From Nitrososphaerota archaeon (lineage in GTDB: Archaea; Thermoproteota; Nitrososphaeria; Nitrososphaerales; Nitrosopumilaceae), in assembly GCA_028867755.1 (NCBI GenBank), contig JAGWFT010000002.1:128001-192000 (forward strand): a DNA stretch of 64,000 nucleotides. The letters run 5' to 3'. The first letter of the stretch is position 1. Each line of letters opens with the position of its first letter. The notes beneath the pieces were generated by a model. The model saw only the letters and a program-made list of their open reading frames with translations, was not told where the DNA came from and searched no databases. Positions 29,117 through 38,996 of this stretch are shown in pieces. The position numbers and the translations under genes were made by a program.

Positions 29117-29590
29117 TTTCTTTATTCTTAGCGTTAGTACACCATTTCTGTATTTGAAGTCGTGTATGGCCATATCTGGCGTCGCCTCAATTGGAACTTC
29201 CTTTGAAAAGTGACCTGAACCACGCACATACAAGATTCCGCTAATTAATCTCACAGTAACCTGATCCTCTGGACCTGGGACCTCTGCTACAAATACAATC
29301 TCATTATCGCCTTTAATTAGATCGTAGACCCAGTTCTTTGTTTCTGATTCTTTAGGCGCATATTGAGGCTGACTGTCTTTTGTCATTTTCTTGAGCACTC
29401 TTACCCAATAGATCATAATCACAGCTGTTATTCCAATTAAAATGAAGCTAACATATCCAGAATCATTTCTCAATGATAGTGCATATACGACTCCTAAGAA
29501 GAGCAAAACCATCAGTGGTATTATAAAATCAAACGATTTATCGTTAGAATATCGGTTTTTGTAGCTGGTCAATCTGTTCTGTATAAGCAA
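29102..29590 (-). CDS. Hsp20/alpha-crystallin-domain protein with two N-terminal TM helices
   Basis: VAEVPG...YRNGVLTLRIKK; two hydrophobic helices in the first 65 aa. Confidence 0.75.
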   Translation of the reverse strand: MLIQNRLTSYKNRYSNDKSFDFIIPLMVLLFLGVVYALSLRNDSGYVSFILIGITAVIMIYWVRVLKKMTKDSQPQYAPKESETKNWVYDLIKGDNEIVFVAEVPGPEDQVTVRLISGILYVRGSGHFSKEVPIEATPDMAIHDFKYRNGVLTLRIKKLEAL

Positions 29591-29660
29591 TCATCCATCC
29601 AAATATAAATACTCGTTGAATTTTCAAGATGATATTCTAGTTTATTCTCTGTAGGTATAC

Positions 29661-30236
29661 TTAATCGTTAATTGATGGGTTTGATGTTCCCCATCTCTTG
29701 AAAAGATCGTGCTCAATTCCAAATTGGTCAAGGCACTTTCCAACTACATGATTTAACAGGTCATCTACATTTTTTGGTTTGTTGTAAAATCCAGGCATTG
29801 CAGGTAGAATTACTATTCCTATTCTTGCAAGCTTTAACATGTTTTCAAGATGAATGCTTGTCAATGGGGTCTCTCTAGGAACAATTACCATCTTGCGAGA
29901 TTCTTTTATGGTTACACCAGCAGCTCGTGCAACAAGAGTCTCTTCATACCCATTAGCTATGCTTGAAAGTGTCTTCATACTGCAAGGTATTATGATCATT
30001 CCATCTGTTTTGTGCGTTCCACTTGAAACACTTGCAGCCATATTGGAATCTTCAGAATAGCTACCTGCTAATGATTTGACATATTTTAAATCAAAATCTG
30101 TTTCTAATGCCAGACATTTTTTAGCCCATTCTGTCATTATTAGATGAACATCAACATTACAGCGTTTTAGGACTTCAAGCATTCTTATTCCATAAACAAT
30201 GCCTGAACTACCTGTTATCCCTACTATTAGTCTCAT
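29661..30236 (-). CDS. ubiX: Flavin prenyltransferase UbiX
   Basis: GITGSSG, SSGT, PCSMKTL, VPRETP, PAMPGFY. Confidence 0.95.
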   Translation of the reverse strand: MRLIVGITGSSGIVYGIRMLEVLKRCNVDVHLIMTEWAKKCLALETDFDLKYVKSLAGSYSEDSNMAASVSSGTHKTDGMIIIPCSMKTLSSIANGYEETLVARAAGVTIKESRKMVIVPRETPLTSIHLENMLKLARIGIVILPAMPGFYNKPKNVDDLLNHVVGKCLDQFGIEHDLFKRWGTSNPSIND

Positions 30237-30290
30237 AATAGAACTGATCACATTCGTTATTTAATTTCATAGTTTTGAGCATCTTTAATT

Positions 30291-30674
30291 ATGGCAAAAT
30301 TTGTCTCAGAATTTGTGAGTGTAAGCATAAATGACGTTGAAGAAAAACTTGCTTCAGAACTCAGATTATCTCCAATGCAAGCAAAAGTTTTCGTTTTGGT
30401 TGTAAAAGAAGGAAAAAGATCTGCAAATGATATTGCAAAAAGTCTTGGAATATCAGACTTGGAAGCATCTATGATTGCAAAAAGTCTTGTTGACTTGGGA
30501 GGTTTTATAGACATAACAAAGACAGAGTTTGAATCCATGCATCCAAGATTTGCTGTAGTTAATATGTATCGAAGAATGTGTTTGAGAGAAAATATTACTT
30601 TTAAAAAGAATTTATTGGTAGACAACATATCAATTATTTTAGAAAAACCATATGATGATGCAAGAACTAAATAG
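30291..30674 (+). CDS. TrmB-like HTH transcription regulator
   Basis: LSPMQAKVF...SANDIAKSLGIS...L; HPRFA. Confidence 0.7.
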   Translation: MAKFVSEFVSVSINDVEEKLASELRLSPMQAKVFVLVVKEGKRSANDIAKSLGISDLEASMIAKSLVDLGGFIDITKTEFESMHPRFAVVNMYRRMCLRENITFKKNLLVDNISIILEKPYDDARTK

Positions 30675-30696
30675 AACTAAATATTGAGAAGGAACG

Positions 30697-31095
30697 ATGT
30701 CTGGAGAACAAGATTCCTGTAAACATGAGATAGTTTACTTTGGGGTTACTAACATAAACTATGAAAAAAGGACCATAGGTTCTGTAGACACTTGGCGTTG
30801 TGCAAAGTGCAAGAAAATCTTTTGTGAAGAAAAACAACTTGGAATTGAGAGTATTGTTGATTATGTAGGAATGCCAAAAATATCTTCAGATCAGAAATGG
30901 GCTGTTCTTCTGTGTAATCTGAAAAAACACAAGGAAAAATGGAAACTTGTTAAAATTAAAAAAGATGATGAAATTCAACATGAGTGTTTGGAAGAAAAAG
31001 TTGTTACTCTTAAAGTTAAAGACTTTAAAATAGAAGATGACAAGCACTGGAATTTTTTAATTGAAAACTCTGTAAATAAGGCAATAGAGATATAG
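30697..31095 (+). CDS. Conserved hypothetical protein (CxH...CxxC)
   Basis: 132-aa ORF with CKHE and CAKC. Confidence 0.7.
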   Translation: MSGEQDSCKHEIVYFGVTNINYEKRTIGSVDTWRCAKCKKIFCEEKQLGIESIVDYVGMPKISSDQKWAVLLCNLKKHKEKWKLVKIKKDDEIQHECLEEKVVTLKVKDFKIEDDKHWNFLIENSVNKAIEI

Positions 31096-31103
31096 AATAT
31101 ACT

Positions 31104-31388
31104 ATGAATCTTGAGGTTCATATCAACAATGTGCATGGCAGTCAAATGGCAGCCAAAATAACAGGTATTTTTATCATAGATGGTAATTCCTTCAAGTTTA
31201 GCGCTATAGCCTTTGGAAGAATAGGGGGGCATAATATTGGGGCAAAGATTTCAAAATCTGTTCAAAAAGAATTGGCAAAACTCGGCTATGATGTAGATGA
31301 AGTAATAGGTGAACTGCAACAAAAGCTAGTTCATGGGGATATATCTCTCCCTGAGGGCCTTACAAAAGAATCCTTTGCAGATAGCTAA
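31104..31388 (+). CDS. Conserved hypothetical protein
   Basis: 94-aa ORF in run with the previous gene. Confidence 0.7.
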   Translation: MNLEVHINNVHGSQMAAKITGIFIIDGNSFKFSAIAFGRIGGHNIGAKISKSVQKELAKLGYDVDEVIGELQQKLVHGDISLPEGLTKESFADS

Positions 31389-32179
31389 AACCCTGCTTCT
31401 TCTAATGCCTTGGCACAAGAACAACTTCTTTGTTGAGGGATCAAGTCGAGAAGTATTCCAAGAAGATTCTTTGTGGTATGTACATTTTTTGAGAGCGTCT
31501 CTAAAACCTCTTTGGCAGTTACTGGCTTGTCTGCCCATACATCATAATCTGTAACAGTAGAAACTGAGACATAACATATTTGAGCCTCTCTTGCAAGCTG
31601 GCATTCTGGAACTAGGGTCATTCCTATGATGTCAGCTCCTATGACATTTTTGTAGAACTTGGACTCTGCTCTTGTAGAGAATCTCGGTCCTTCTATGCAA
31701 ACATAGGTAGCATCCTTATGCAAGTGCAAATCCATCTTTTTTGCAGCACTATATACTGAGGTCTGAAGCTCCGGACAAAAAGGATCAGCAACTGATATGT
31801 GGACTACCTTATTATCTTCATACAAAGTATATTTTCTTGATTTTGTAAAATCGATAAACTGAGTAGGAATTACAAAATCCCCAGGTTTTAATTTCTCTTG
31901 CAGGCTGCCAACAGCTGATGGTGCTATTATTCGCTTTATGCCCATTTCCTTGAAGGCCCAAATGTTTGCTCTAAAGTTTATCAGATGTGGAGGAATTGTA
32001 TGCTTTCTTCCATGTCTTGGCATGAAAGCAACTTTTCTACCTTTGTAAATTCCAACTGTTATTGAATCAGAAGTTTTTCCAAAAGGAGTTTCTACTGTAA
32101 TCTCTCTACTCTCGCTTAGTAACCCTGGATCATAAATCCCAGTACCACCAAATATTCCAATTTCAGCCTGTTCGGTCAA
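31385..32179 (-). CDS. mtnP: S-methyl-5'-thioadenosine phosphorylase
   Basis: [29 protein letters not shown]. Confidence 0.94.
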   Translation of the reverse strand: MTEQAEIGIFGGTGIYDPGLLSESREITVETPFGKTSDSITVGIYKGRKVAFMPRHGRKHTIPPHLINFRANIWAFKEMGIKRIIAPSAVGSLQEKLKPGDFVIPTQFIDFTKSRKYTLYEDNKVVHISVADPFCPELQTSVYSAAKKMDLHLHKDATYVCIEGPRFSTRAESKFYKNVIGADIIGMTLVPECQLAREAQICYVSVSTVTDYDVWADKPVTAKEVLETLSKNVHTTKNLLGILLDLIPQQRSCSCAKALEEAGF

Positions 32180-32688
32180 TATTTCACCAATGTCTCGTGT
32201 CGATAATTCTTGATTACTTTAGATCCTTTCAGGTCTGTTAGTTCTATAATGAATGCAAAACCAATAACCTTTCCACCCAATTTTTCAACTAATTTGGCTG
32301 CAGCCTTTGCAGTTCCACCAGTTGCAAGTAAATCATCACATATGAAGATCTTCTCGCCTTTTTTGATTGCACTACTCTGAATTTCCATGGTAGCAGTACC
32401 GTACTCTATATTGTATGTCAGTTTGTGCGTGGGGCCTGGTAATTTTCCTTGTTTTCTTATCATTATCATCCCTTTGTTATATTTGAGGGCCAATGCACAA
32501 GCTAGTGGAAAGCCTCTTGATTCTATGCCAACAAAGACGTCTACTTCGTTAGAATGTATGCGCTTTGAGAATTCGTCTACTACAAGTGAAAGTGCGGCTG
32601 GATCTCTTAAAAGAGGACTAATATCTCTAAACAAAATGCCCTTTTTTGGAAAATCAGGAATCTCCGCAATTTTGTCTTTTAGGTTCAC
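32176..32688 (-). CDS. apt: Adenine phosphoribosyltransferase
   Basis: [28 protein letters not shown]. Confidence 0.95.
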   Translation of the reverse strand: MNLKDKIAEIPDFPKKGILFRDISPLLRDPAALSLVVDEFSKRIHSNEVDVFVGIESRGFPLACALALKYNKGMIMIRKQGKLPGPTHKLTYNIEYGTATMEIQSSAIKKGEKIFICDDLLATGGTAKAAAKLVEKLGGKVIGFAFIIELTDLKGSKVIKNYRHETLVKY

Positions 32689-32736
32689 AACTGTCTCACA
32701 ATCTGTGGATGTAAAAAATATTTCTTAATTTGGAGT

Positions 32737-34902
32737 TTATTGAATTGTTATAGGTGTAGTCACTATTCCAACTGTGGTCTTCACTTGTACTGTATAAATT
32801 CCAGGGCTAGCAGTCTTTGGAACTATCCACTCTGTGCTATAGTCTCCACGATTTGTTGACTGTATTTGTAAGGTATCAAGTGTAGAGTTGCCTGCTCCAA
32901 GTATCTTGATAATTACACCCACTGACTGACCTACTCCGCTTCCTGAAATCTGAACAATGCTGTCTGCCGAATAGTTTGGAGGATTTTTATCCAATTGGAC
33001 TGTCATTAAAGACTGAGATCTTACATTGATGGGCAAACTCTTGTGATCTATACCGCTTGTAGCATCTATCTCCCAAGTTCCAGGAGAACCATCATCAGGT
33101 ATTCTAAAGTCAAATGCCGAAAAAATTCCTGATTTATCAACAAATGTCTGTTCAGATTTTGTCTCTTGACCAGTTGGGTCTGTCAAAGCAATTTGTAGGA
33201 TACAATCGGCATTGGCATTTCCAAAAAGAAGTATGTTGTCTCCTGGGAAGTACGTGTCTTTCACAGTTCTAAGCGATATCTGTCCGCATCCTGTTTGAAG
33301 TCCTACTGCAAAGGACTCTGCTACTTTATCATTGCCTCTAGTAAGTACTGCAGAATAAATGCCTGGAGTGTAAGATGTTAAATTAAATGAATATGTGGCT
33401 ATTCCATTTGTCCCAACTTCAATAGTGTCAGAAAACTTTTCTTGGTTAGAAGGATCCACTATTACAAGATTTAATGTTGAAGCAGGAGGTGCTGAAATGT
33501 TGAGAACTGGTTTATCAGAAACTTGGTAATTTAATTTGTCCAAAGTAGCTGTTAGTCGTGCTACAGGATCAGCTCCGACTCCGACATAGAGTGGAACTGA
33601 ATCTGTTCCTTGCGATGCAGTTATAATGTAAGTGCCTATGATAGCAGTACCGCTTGTTTCATATGTTAATGAAATTTTTCCATCAGATGTGACATTAACA
33701 TCTTTTGCATATACCTGAATTCCGGTCGGATCTGTTATTATAACAGCTATAGGTTGGTTAGATATGGCGGTACCATTGATTTCTATGGTTTGTCCTGGCT
33801 CGTATTTCTGCTGTGGTGTTGATATTGAAATTTGATGTATAGTTGTTACGGTATAATCCTTGGTAACTTGGTGTTTCCCATCAGAAGATATCACTGTGTA
33901 CTTGCCAAATGGTCTGTCGATAGGAATCGTTTGTAAAACTGAATAGTTTCCATTTTTGTCAGCTGTTGCTGTAAAAGTTGTTATGCTTGTTCCAGTTGAA
34001 TCAGATATGGAAATTGTTACGGTACTACCAGGATTTGAAGTTCCATTGATTGCCCCTGTATCTCCAGGATGCAATATGGGGTTAACATTCACAGTTAATG
34101 GAATTGCTTGTTGGCCAGTTATATGAGATGGTGGTGCCTGCACTATTGTTGTAGTGAACGTTTTCTGATTGTTGGCCTGATCTTTTATAACAAAATCTAC
34201 GCTTCCGGGTTGTTGATTTTGTGGAACTGTTGTGGTAACTACAAAGTTACCATTGCTATTTGATGAAAAAGAGTATAATTTTTGGTTGCCTAGATACAAA
34301 TCAAGAGGTGTCGATGATGCAAAACTTTGACCAATAATGCGAATATCGAAGCCAGGCGCTGGTGTTGAGGGTATTATTCTGAAATTTGACATTCCTAATA
34401 TTCCAGGATTTGTTGATTGTTGGTTAGTTTGCTGATTTTGCTGTTGATTGTTTTGTTGGTTCTGCTGTTGATTTTGTTGTTGGTTCTGTTGCTCTGGAGC
34501 TCCAATTTCACCTGTGCCTAGTTGATTGTTATTTGCATTGGATGCAGTCCATACAAGATCTGGTGTTTGCTGATCCGTACTGATTGTAAATGTTATAGAG
34601 TTGCCAGGATTGATTGGGATTGAAGTAGAAAAAGCTATTGTGGTAGGAGATGTTTTCTTTCCAATCCACCCATTTCCTAACGTAAACGATTTAAAATCTC
34701 CATTTTTAATCTGCAAAGTAAAAGATGTAATGTCTGAAGTGTTTGAAGCACTGTTAGTAATTTGGAGCAATGTTTTCTCACCTACATTCGTTGCAGTTAC
34801 TGTGACCAAGTCTGATGAGGCATGTGCTGCTGGTATGAGGATGGCAAGCATGCCGCTAATAATTAAAGCAAGAATGACGCTAGACTTCAATATACTCAAC
34901 AA
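32737..34902 (-). CDS. Large secreted beta-rich (Ig-like repeat) surface protein with Gln/Asn linker
   Basis: Signal peptide, T/S/N-rich beta strands, QQNQQQN linker. Confidence 0.8.
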   Translation of the reverse strand: MLSILKSSVILALIISGMLAILIPAAHASSDLVTVTATNVGEKTLLQITNSASNTSDITSFTLQIKNGDFKSFTLGNGWIGKKTSPTTIAFSTSIPINPGNSITFTISTDQQTPDLVWTASNANNNQLGTGEIGAPEQQNQQQNQQQNQQNNQQQNQQTNQQSTNPGILGMSNFRIIPSTPAPGFDIRIIGQSFASSTPLDLYLGNQKLYSFSSNSNGNFVVTTTVPQNQQPGSVDFVIKDQANNQKTFTTTIVQAPPSHITGQQAIPLTVNVNPILHPGDTGAINGTSNPGSTVTISISDSTGTSITTFTATADKNGNYSVLQTIPIDRPFGKYTVISSDGKHQVTKDYTVTTIHQISISTPQQKYEPGQTIEINGTAISNQPIAVIITDPTGIQVYAKDVNVTSDGKISLTYETSGTAIIGTYIITASQGTDSVPLYVGVGADPVARLTATLDKLNYQVSDKPVLNISAPPASTLNLVIVDPSNQEKFSDTIEVGTNGIATYSFNLTSYTPGIYSAVLTRGNDKVAESFAVGLQTGCGQISLRTVKDTYFPGDNILLFGNANADCILQIALTDPTGQETKSEQTFVDKSGIFSAFDFRIPDDGSPGTWEIDATSGIDHKSLPINVRSQSLMTVQLDKNPPNYSADSIVQISGSGVGQSVGVIIKILGAGNSTLDTLQIQSTNRGDYSTEWIVPKTASPGIYTVQVKTTVGIVTTPITIQ
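34417..34493 (-). repeat. Imperfect Gln/Asn (QQN) coding repeat
   Basis: Repeated CAA/CAG/AAT/AAC codons encoding QQNQQQNQQQNQQNNQQQNQQTNQQ; boundaries approximate. Confidence 0.8.
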
Positions 34903-35012
34903 AAGAGCAACTCGCCTCTAAATTAAAGCTTAATGATAATTTATTCATTCATGGTTATCTTGATTTGAGTGTGATCTGTGAGTACGATAAAAATTCTAAA
35001 AATAGATGCCTC

Positions 35013-37091
35013 TCATGGATGGCGTGTTGTTGCCTGTGAGACTAGATTTTGATTCTGTCTTATGCGCTCAGCTATTAACCTGTACAAAGACCTAAACTGG
35101 TCCTTGGTTTTATCAGTTAAAAAGTCAGTCTCACCTATAGATATTTTTTCACATATGTATCTGCATATTTCCTCTCTATCGAATTTCTCCCACCCTAGAT
35201 GTTGATTTTCCTTCCAAATTTCATTTAGGTTATCTATTATGCTTTTTTTCCCCTTGGACAAGACCACATCTTTAGTTAGTGCCTTGTATCCCTCTTTTCT
35301 GAGCTTTACTTCGTATGTTTGATTTACAGCATACAAATAATCGTCATCCATTACCAAATCTTCCAAAAACTGCTTTGCCTGTCCACCAAGCTCAAAGAAT
35401 ATCATTTGTACCTTTTTGAATTGATTTGATTCAAGCTGAGCGGCAATCTGACCAGACTCGTCTGTGTTGTCAAGCAATACAAATGTATCATATCCATGAT
35501 TTCTGTAAAATATGGCCAAAGACATGACAGAGTTTTTGCTATAAGCAGGAACTATGTTCAATGGGTTCATGGAAAGGTTTGGGTCTTTTAGAAACTTGTC
35601 AAATGCGTTAAGATACATGCAATCTGACATTGTTTCAACAATGATTACTGGTCTTGAATTAAACCCAATCTGTCTGTCTACAATTGATTCTGTCAGTCCT
35701 CTTGAAAGACCGTATAGTATGGGGATTAATGTCTGATCGTCTGCATTCCAGTAATCATAGTAAATATGACTTAGGTGCTTTCTTTTATCGAGTTCCACAA
35801 CCAAAAGATTTCCAGGAGTATAATCAAATATCATGAACGGTGAATGTGTAGCATACAGTATCTGATTGGATCCGGCAAGACCTTTGAGCAGATCAGATAT
35901 GCCTCGCTGCTGTGCAGGATGTAAGTTTCTTGCTGGCTCATCAAGCAACAATATTGCTTCTTTTAATTCTGCTTTTTGAGTTTCTGCTGCAAAGTTTACT
36001 ATGAAAGAAAATGTCCATTTGAATCCTTCAGCTCTTCTATTCAAAAGACCTGTATTGGTAACGGTTCCATCCTTGTGAACATCAGATATTACTACACTCA
36101 AAATATTTCCTGGATTCCATCTCAACTCTACATGAATGGGATCTCCTTTCCATGCTGGATTGAGTCTATCACTAAGTTTTCTACTTGATGTGTGAAGCAG
36201 TTTTATCAGCCTTGAAGGACTATCCTGCGCATCTGCAAGTTTTTGTGCGTCAAGTTCTGCCAGATAAAATAAATTCATGACAGTTTCGGCCTTGTCAAAC
36301 TCTTCTATATACTCCAGTCCTTTTGGCCTAATTCCCTTTGTCTCTCTCAAGAACTCTTCGAGGTCAATGTTTCCAAGTATCTTCTTGTAGTCTGAAAAAT
36401 AGACAAACCTTGGATGTAATCTATCCTCGATGAAATTCTCCAAGGCAGACCTTTCAGTCGTTCCTATCAGCATGTTATCAAATATGTAATCCAAATCTTC
36501 ATAGATCTTTTTCCATTCTGATATTATGCGTGGATCCTCTGAGGCCAGTAAGTATATGTTGTTGTTGAATTCTGCCATCATATTCATGAAAACATCTCTT
36601 GTTCTTGGTGGGGGGGTGACTAGGAATTTTGTATCTACACGTATTCTTATGGGGTTTGGCATGGCATTGACAAAATCCTGTATTCTTTCTACGAAATTTT
36701 CCCAGGAATTGAGCCTCTTGCTTGCTTCGCCGCTTATCTTGATCTCTCCAAAGTCGTATTGAACGCGCGGATTCTTGTTTGTCCTGTAAATCTTAACTTT
36801 TCTTACGTCCTGTAGATTTGGAAATTTTTCTCTAATTAGTGTAATCTCCTTTTCATTGAATTCAAAATCTCCTTCGGCAAGCCTAACTTCAGACTTTAAC
36901 TCCTCTGTCATTTCATCACAGAGATCTAAATCTGAAATCTTTTGATCTTTATTTAGTAAAGTTAGAGCTTCAAGTATTGTTGTCTTGCCACTCTCATTTC
37001 TTCCCACAAATGCAGCCAAATCTCCAACCTTAATTTCACCAGAATCATGAATGCAACGATAAGCTCTAACTCTAAATTTCCTAAGTCGCAT
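35013..37091 (-). CDS. OLD-family ABC-ATPase + TOPRIM nuclease
   Basis: GRNESGKT Walker A, LLLDEP Walker B, YATHSP H-loop, VETMSD...LLDNTD TOPRIM-like. Confidence 0.82.
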   Translation of the reverse strand: MRLRKFRVRAYRCIHDSGEIKVGDLAAFVGRNESGKTTILEALTLLNKDQKISDLDLCDEMTEELKSEVRLAEGDFEFNEKEITLIREKFPNLQDVRKVKIYRTNKNPRVQYDFGEIKISGEASKRLNSWENFVERIQDFVNAMPNPIRIRVDTKFLVTPPPRTRDVFMNMMAEFNNNIYLLASEDPRIISEWKKIYEDLDYIFDNMLIGTTERSALENFIEDRLHPRFVYFSDYKKILGNIDLEEFLRETKGIRPKGLEYIEEFDKAETVMNLFYLAELDAQKLADAQDSPSRLIKLLHTSSRKLSDRLNPAWKGDPIHVELRWNPGNILSVVISDVHKDGTVTNTGLLNRRAEGFKWTFSFIVNFAAETQKAELKEAILLLDEPARNLHPAQQRGISDLLKGLAGSNQILYATHSPFMIFDYTPGNLLVVELDKRKHLSHIYYDYWNADDQTLIPILYGLSRGLTESIVDRQIGFNSRPVIIVETMSDCMYLNAFDKFLKDPNLSMNPLNIVPAYSKNSVMSLAIFYRNHGYDTFVLLDNTDESGQIAAQLESNQFKKVQMIFFELGGQAKQFLEDLVMDDDYLYAVNQTYEVKLRKEGYKALTKDVVLSKGKKSIIDNLNEIWKENQHLGWEKFDREEICRYICEKISIGETDFLTDKTKDQFRSLYRLIAERIRQNQNLVSQATTRHP

Positions 37092-37199
37092 CTAGCGGCT
37101 ATTGCCAAGTCTATGATTTAACTTATTCGTCAAAATTATCATGAGGATTCATTTTTCGACCAAATAGATATAAGGGAATTCAAGTGGTTAGATTACGAA

Positions 37200-37673
37200 A
37201 TGGGTGCAAGAAAAATAGCTTATGTTGTTTTTGTACTTCCTGTAGTTATTTCAGTAATACTTGGTGGTTATGTTCTATCAAATGTTTTGGCACAACCAGA
37301 CAAACAACTAAACATGTGGCAGTTTAACTTTGTAATCCTACCTGCTCAAGAAGGTAGCAAAGATATCAAAATAGTAAATCTTTTGAATTCATATTCGATA
37401 TCTGCACCACTTAACTTTACTGTAAGAGTGAATAACACTTCTTTTGACTGTGGAGACTTGTACATGACAGTTTACAATCTAAATACAAAGCAAGCTGTGG
37501 CTCAAAATGCCTACTTTTCACAGTGTTTTGTACAAAATAATTCAACTCTGCCAATTAATGAGGTATTTTCTCCAGCTATCAATAGCACAGGAAGTTACCA
37601 GATCGTGGCAGATATGAGAGACAAATCATATCAAAATGACATAAACGTGACTGCTACATTTAACGTTCAATAA
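37200..37673 (+). CDS. Membrane-anchored hypothetical protein
   Basis: N-terminal TM helix plus beta-rich domain with several N-x-S/T sequons. Confidence 0.75.
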   Translation: MGARKIAYVVFVLPVVISVILGGYVLSNVLAQPDKQLNMWQFNFVILPAQEGSKDIKIVNLLNSYSISAPLNFTVRVNNTSFDCGDLYMTVYNLNTKQAVAQNAYFSQCFVQNNSTLPINEVFSPAINSTGSYQIVADMRDKSYQNDINVTATFNVQ

Positions 37674-37740
37674 ATGAATTATATGTTATTATATTGCAAT
37701 TGACCAAGTACTTGTAAGGAAACGTTATTGGGATATAATT

Positions 37741-38403
37741 ATGGCTAAAAAAACAGAAAAAAAATCATCAAAAACTGAAGAGAAATCAAAGAAAGCAGAA
37801 GAGAAGACAAAGAAGACAGAAGAAAAGAAATCAAAGAAAGCAGAAGAGAAGACAAAGAAGACAGAAGAAAAGAAATCAAAGAAAGCAGAAGAGAAGACAA
37901 AGAAGACAGAAGAAAAGAAGATGTCAAAGGCAGACAAAAAGAAGCTCGAAGCAAAGAAAAAACAAGTAGAGCTTACCGAAGAGGAGCTAGAAGAAATTGA
38001 TGAAAAAGAGATTGAAAACTTTGAGATTGAAGGATTGGATATGGAAAAACTCAAAACAACAGTGCTTGACTATGTCGCAAAACGAGGAGATGATGGCATG
38101 TTCCAAAGCGAACTGTGGAAGAAACTCAAACTCTCAAGCAGAGATGGTTCAAGACTTGCTCTAAAACTTGAAAGACAGCATCTTATAAAAAGGGAAAAAA
38201 TTCTACAAGACGGAAGGTGGACATACAAACTTAAGATTGCTCATGTTCCTGTTAGTACTCAATCAATTGAATCCGCACCATGTCTTATCTGCCCTGTAGA
38301 ACAAAAGTGTACAGTAGAAGGCGAAGTGAGCCCAAGAACTTGTCCATTGATAGAGCAATGGGTTTTGACTGAATTTGCAAATTCTAAAACGAAAAAGAAA
38401 TGA
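37741..38403 (+). CDS. TFE-beta / RPC34 orthologue (wHTH + Fe-S Cys4) with Lys/Glu-repeat N-terminal extension
   Basis: GMFQSELWKKLKLSSRDGSR wHTH; PCLICPVEQKC...SPRTCP matches the RPC34/TFE-beta 4Fe-4S motif. Confidence 0.8.
   Translation: MAKKTEKKSSKTEEKSKKAEEKTKKTEEKKSKKAEEKTKKTEEKKSKKAEEKTKKTEEKKMSKADKKKLEAKKKQVELTEEELEEIDEKEIENFEIEGLDMEKLKTTVLDYVAKRGDDGMFQSELWKKLKLSSRDGSRLALKLERQHLIKREKILQDGRWTYKLKIAHVPVSTQSIESAPCLICPVEQKCTVEGEVSPRTCPLIEQWVLTEFANSKTKKK
37786..37920 (+). repeat. Three tandem 45-bp units (SKKAEEKTKKTEEKK)
   Basis: TCAAAGAAAGCAGAAGAGAAGACAAAGAAGACAGAAGAAAAGAAA at 37786, 37831 and 37876 (last base of third copy differs). Confidence 0.95.
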
Positions 38404-38996
38404 AACTATTAGATGCAAGACGAGATTTATACCGAAGATTAGCTCATCAGGAAGGCTATAGGAGCAGAGCTGCATACAAGCTCAAAGAACTAAACACATC
38501 TTACAGAATTATTGGACCGGGATTTTATGTATTAGATCTAGGGTGTTCTCCTGGCGGATGGACTCAGGTTGCTCTTGAATTGGCAGGAAACAGAGGAAAA
38601 GTTATGGGCATTGACAAATCCTTTGTTGAAGAAATCACAAATGCTCACATAATACGAGGAGACATTGAAGATGAGTCAATTGTAGAATCCGTCTTTGAAT
38701 ATTTTGGCTCAAAGGTAAATGCTGTAATATGTGATCTTTCTCCACAGATTACAGGCACGTGGTCTATAGATCACGGCAGACAAATCTCTCTGAATTATGC
38801 CGCAAGTAAAATAATGGATCATGTTCTTGCAAAAAAAGGAAATGCATTGTTTAAGGTCTTTGACGGCGAGTATTCAAATGAATTTCGTGATTATTTGAAG
38901 AAAAAATTTGCCAAAGTACAGCTAAAGAAACCAAAAGCAAGTAGAAAAACAAGTAGTGAATTGTATCATATCTGCTTGGGATATCTTGGGCATTAG
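38400..38996 (+). CDS. rlmE: 23S rRNA 2'-O-methyltransferase RlmE/FtsJ
   Basis: YRSRAAYKL, DLGCSPGGW, CDLSP, KPKASRKTSSE. Confidence 0.94.
   Translation: MKLLDARRDLYRRLAHQEGYRSRAAYKLKELNTSYRIIGPGFYVLDLGCSPGGWTQVALELAGNRGKVMGIDKSFVEEITNAHIIRGDIEDESIVESVFEYFGSKVNAVICDLSPQITGTWSIDHGRQISLNYAASKIMDHVLAKKGNALFKVFDGEYSNEFRDYLKKKFAKVQLKKPKASRKTSSELYHICLGYLGH

Noticed and set aside
37786-37920. Possible CRISPR array
   Set aside because: Head-to-tail repeats with no spacers, in frame inside a protein gene; no cas genes in the window
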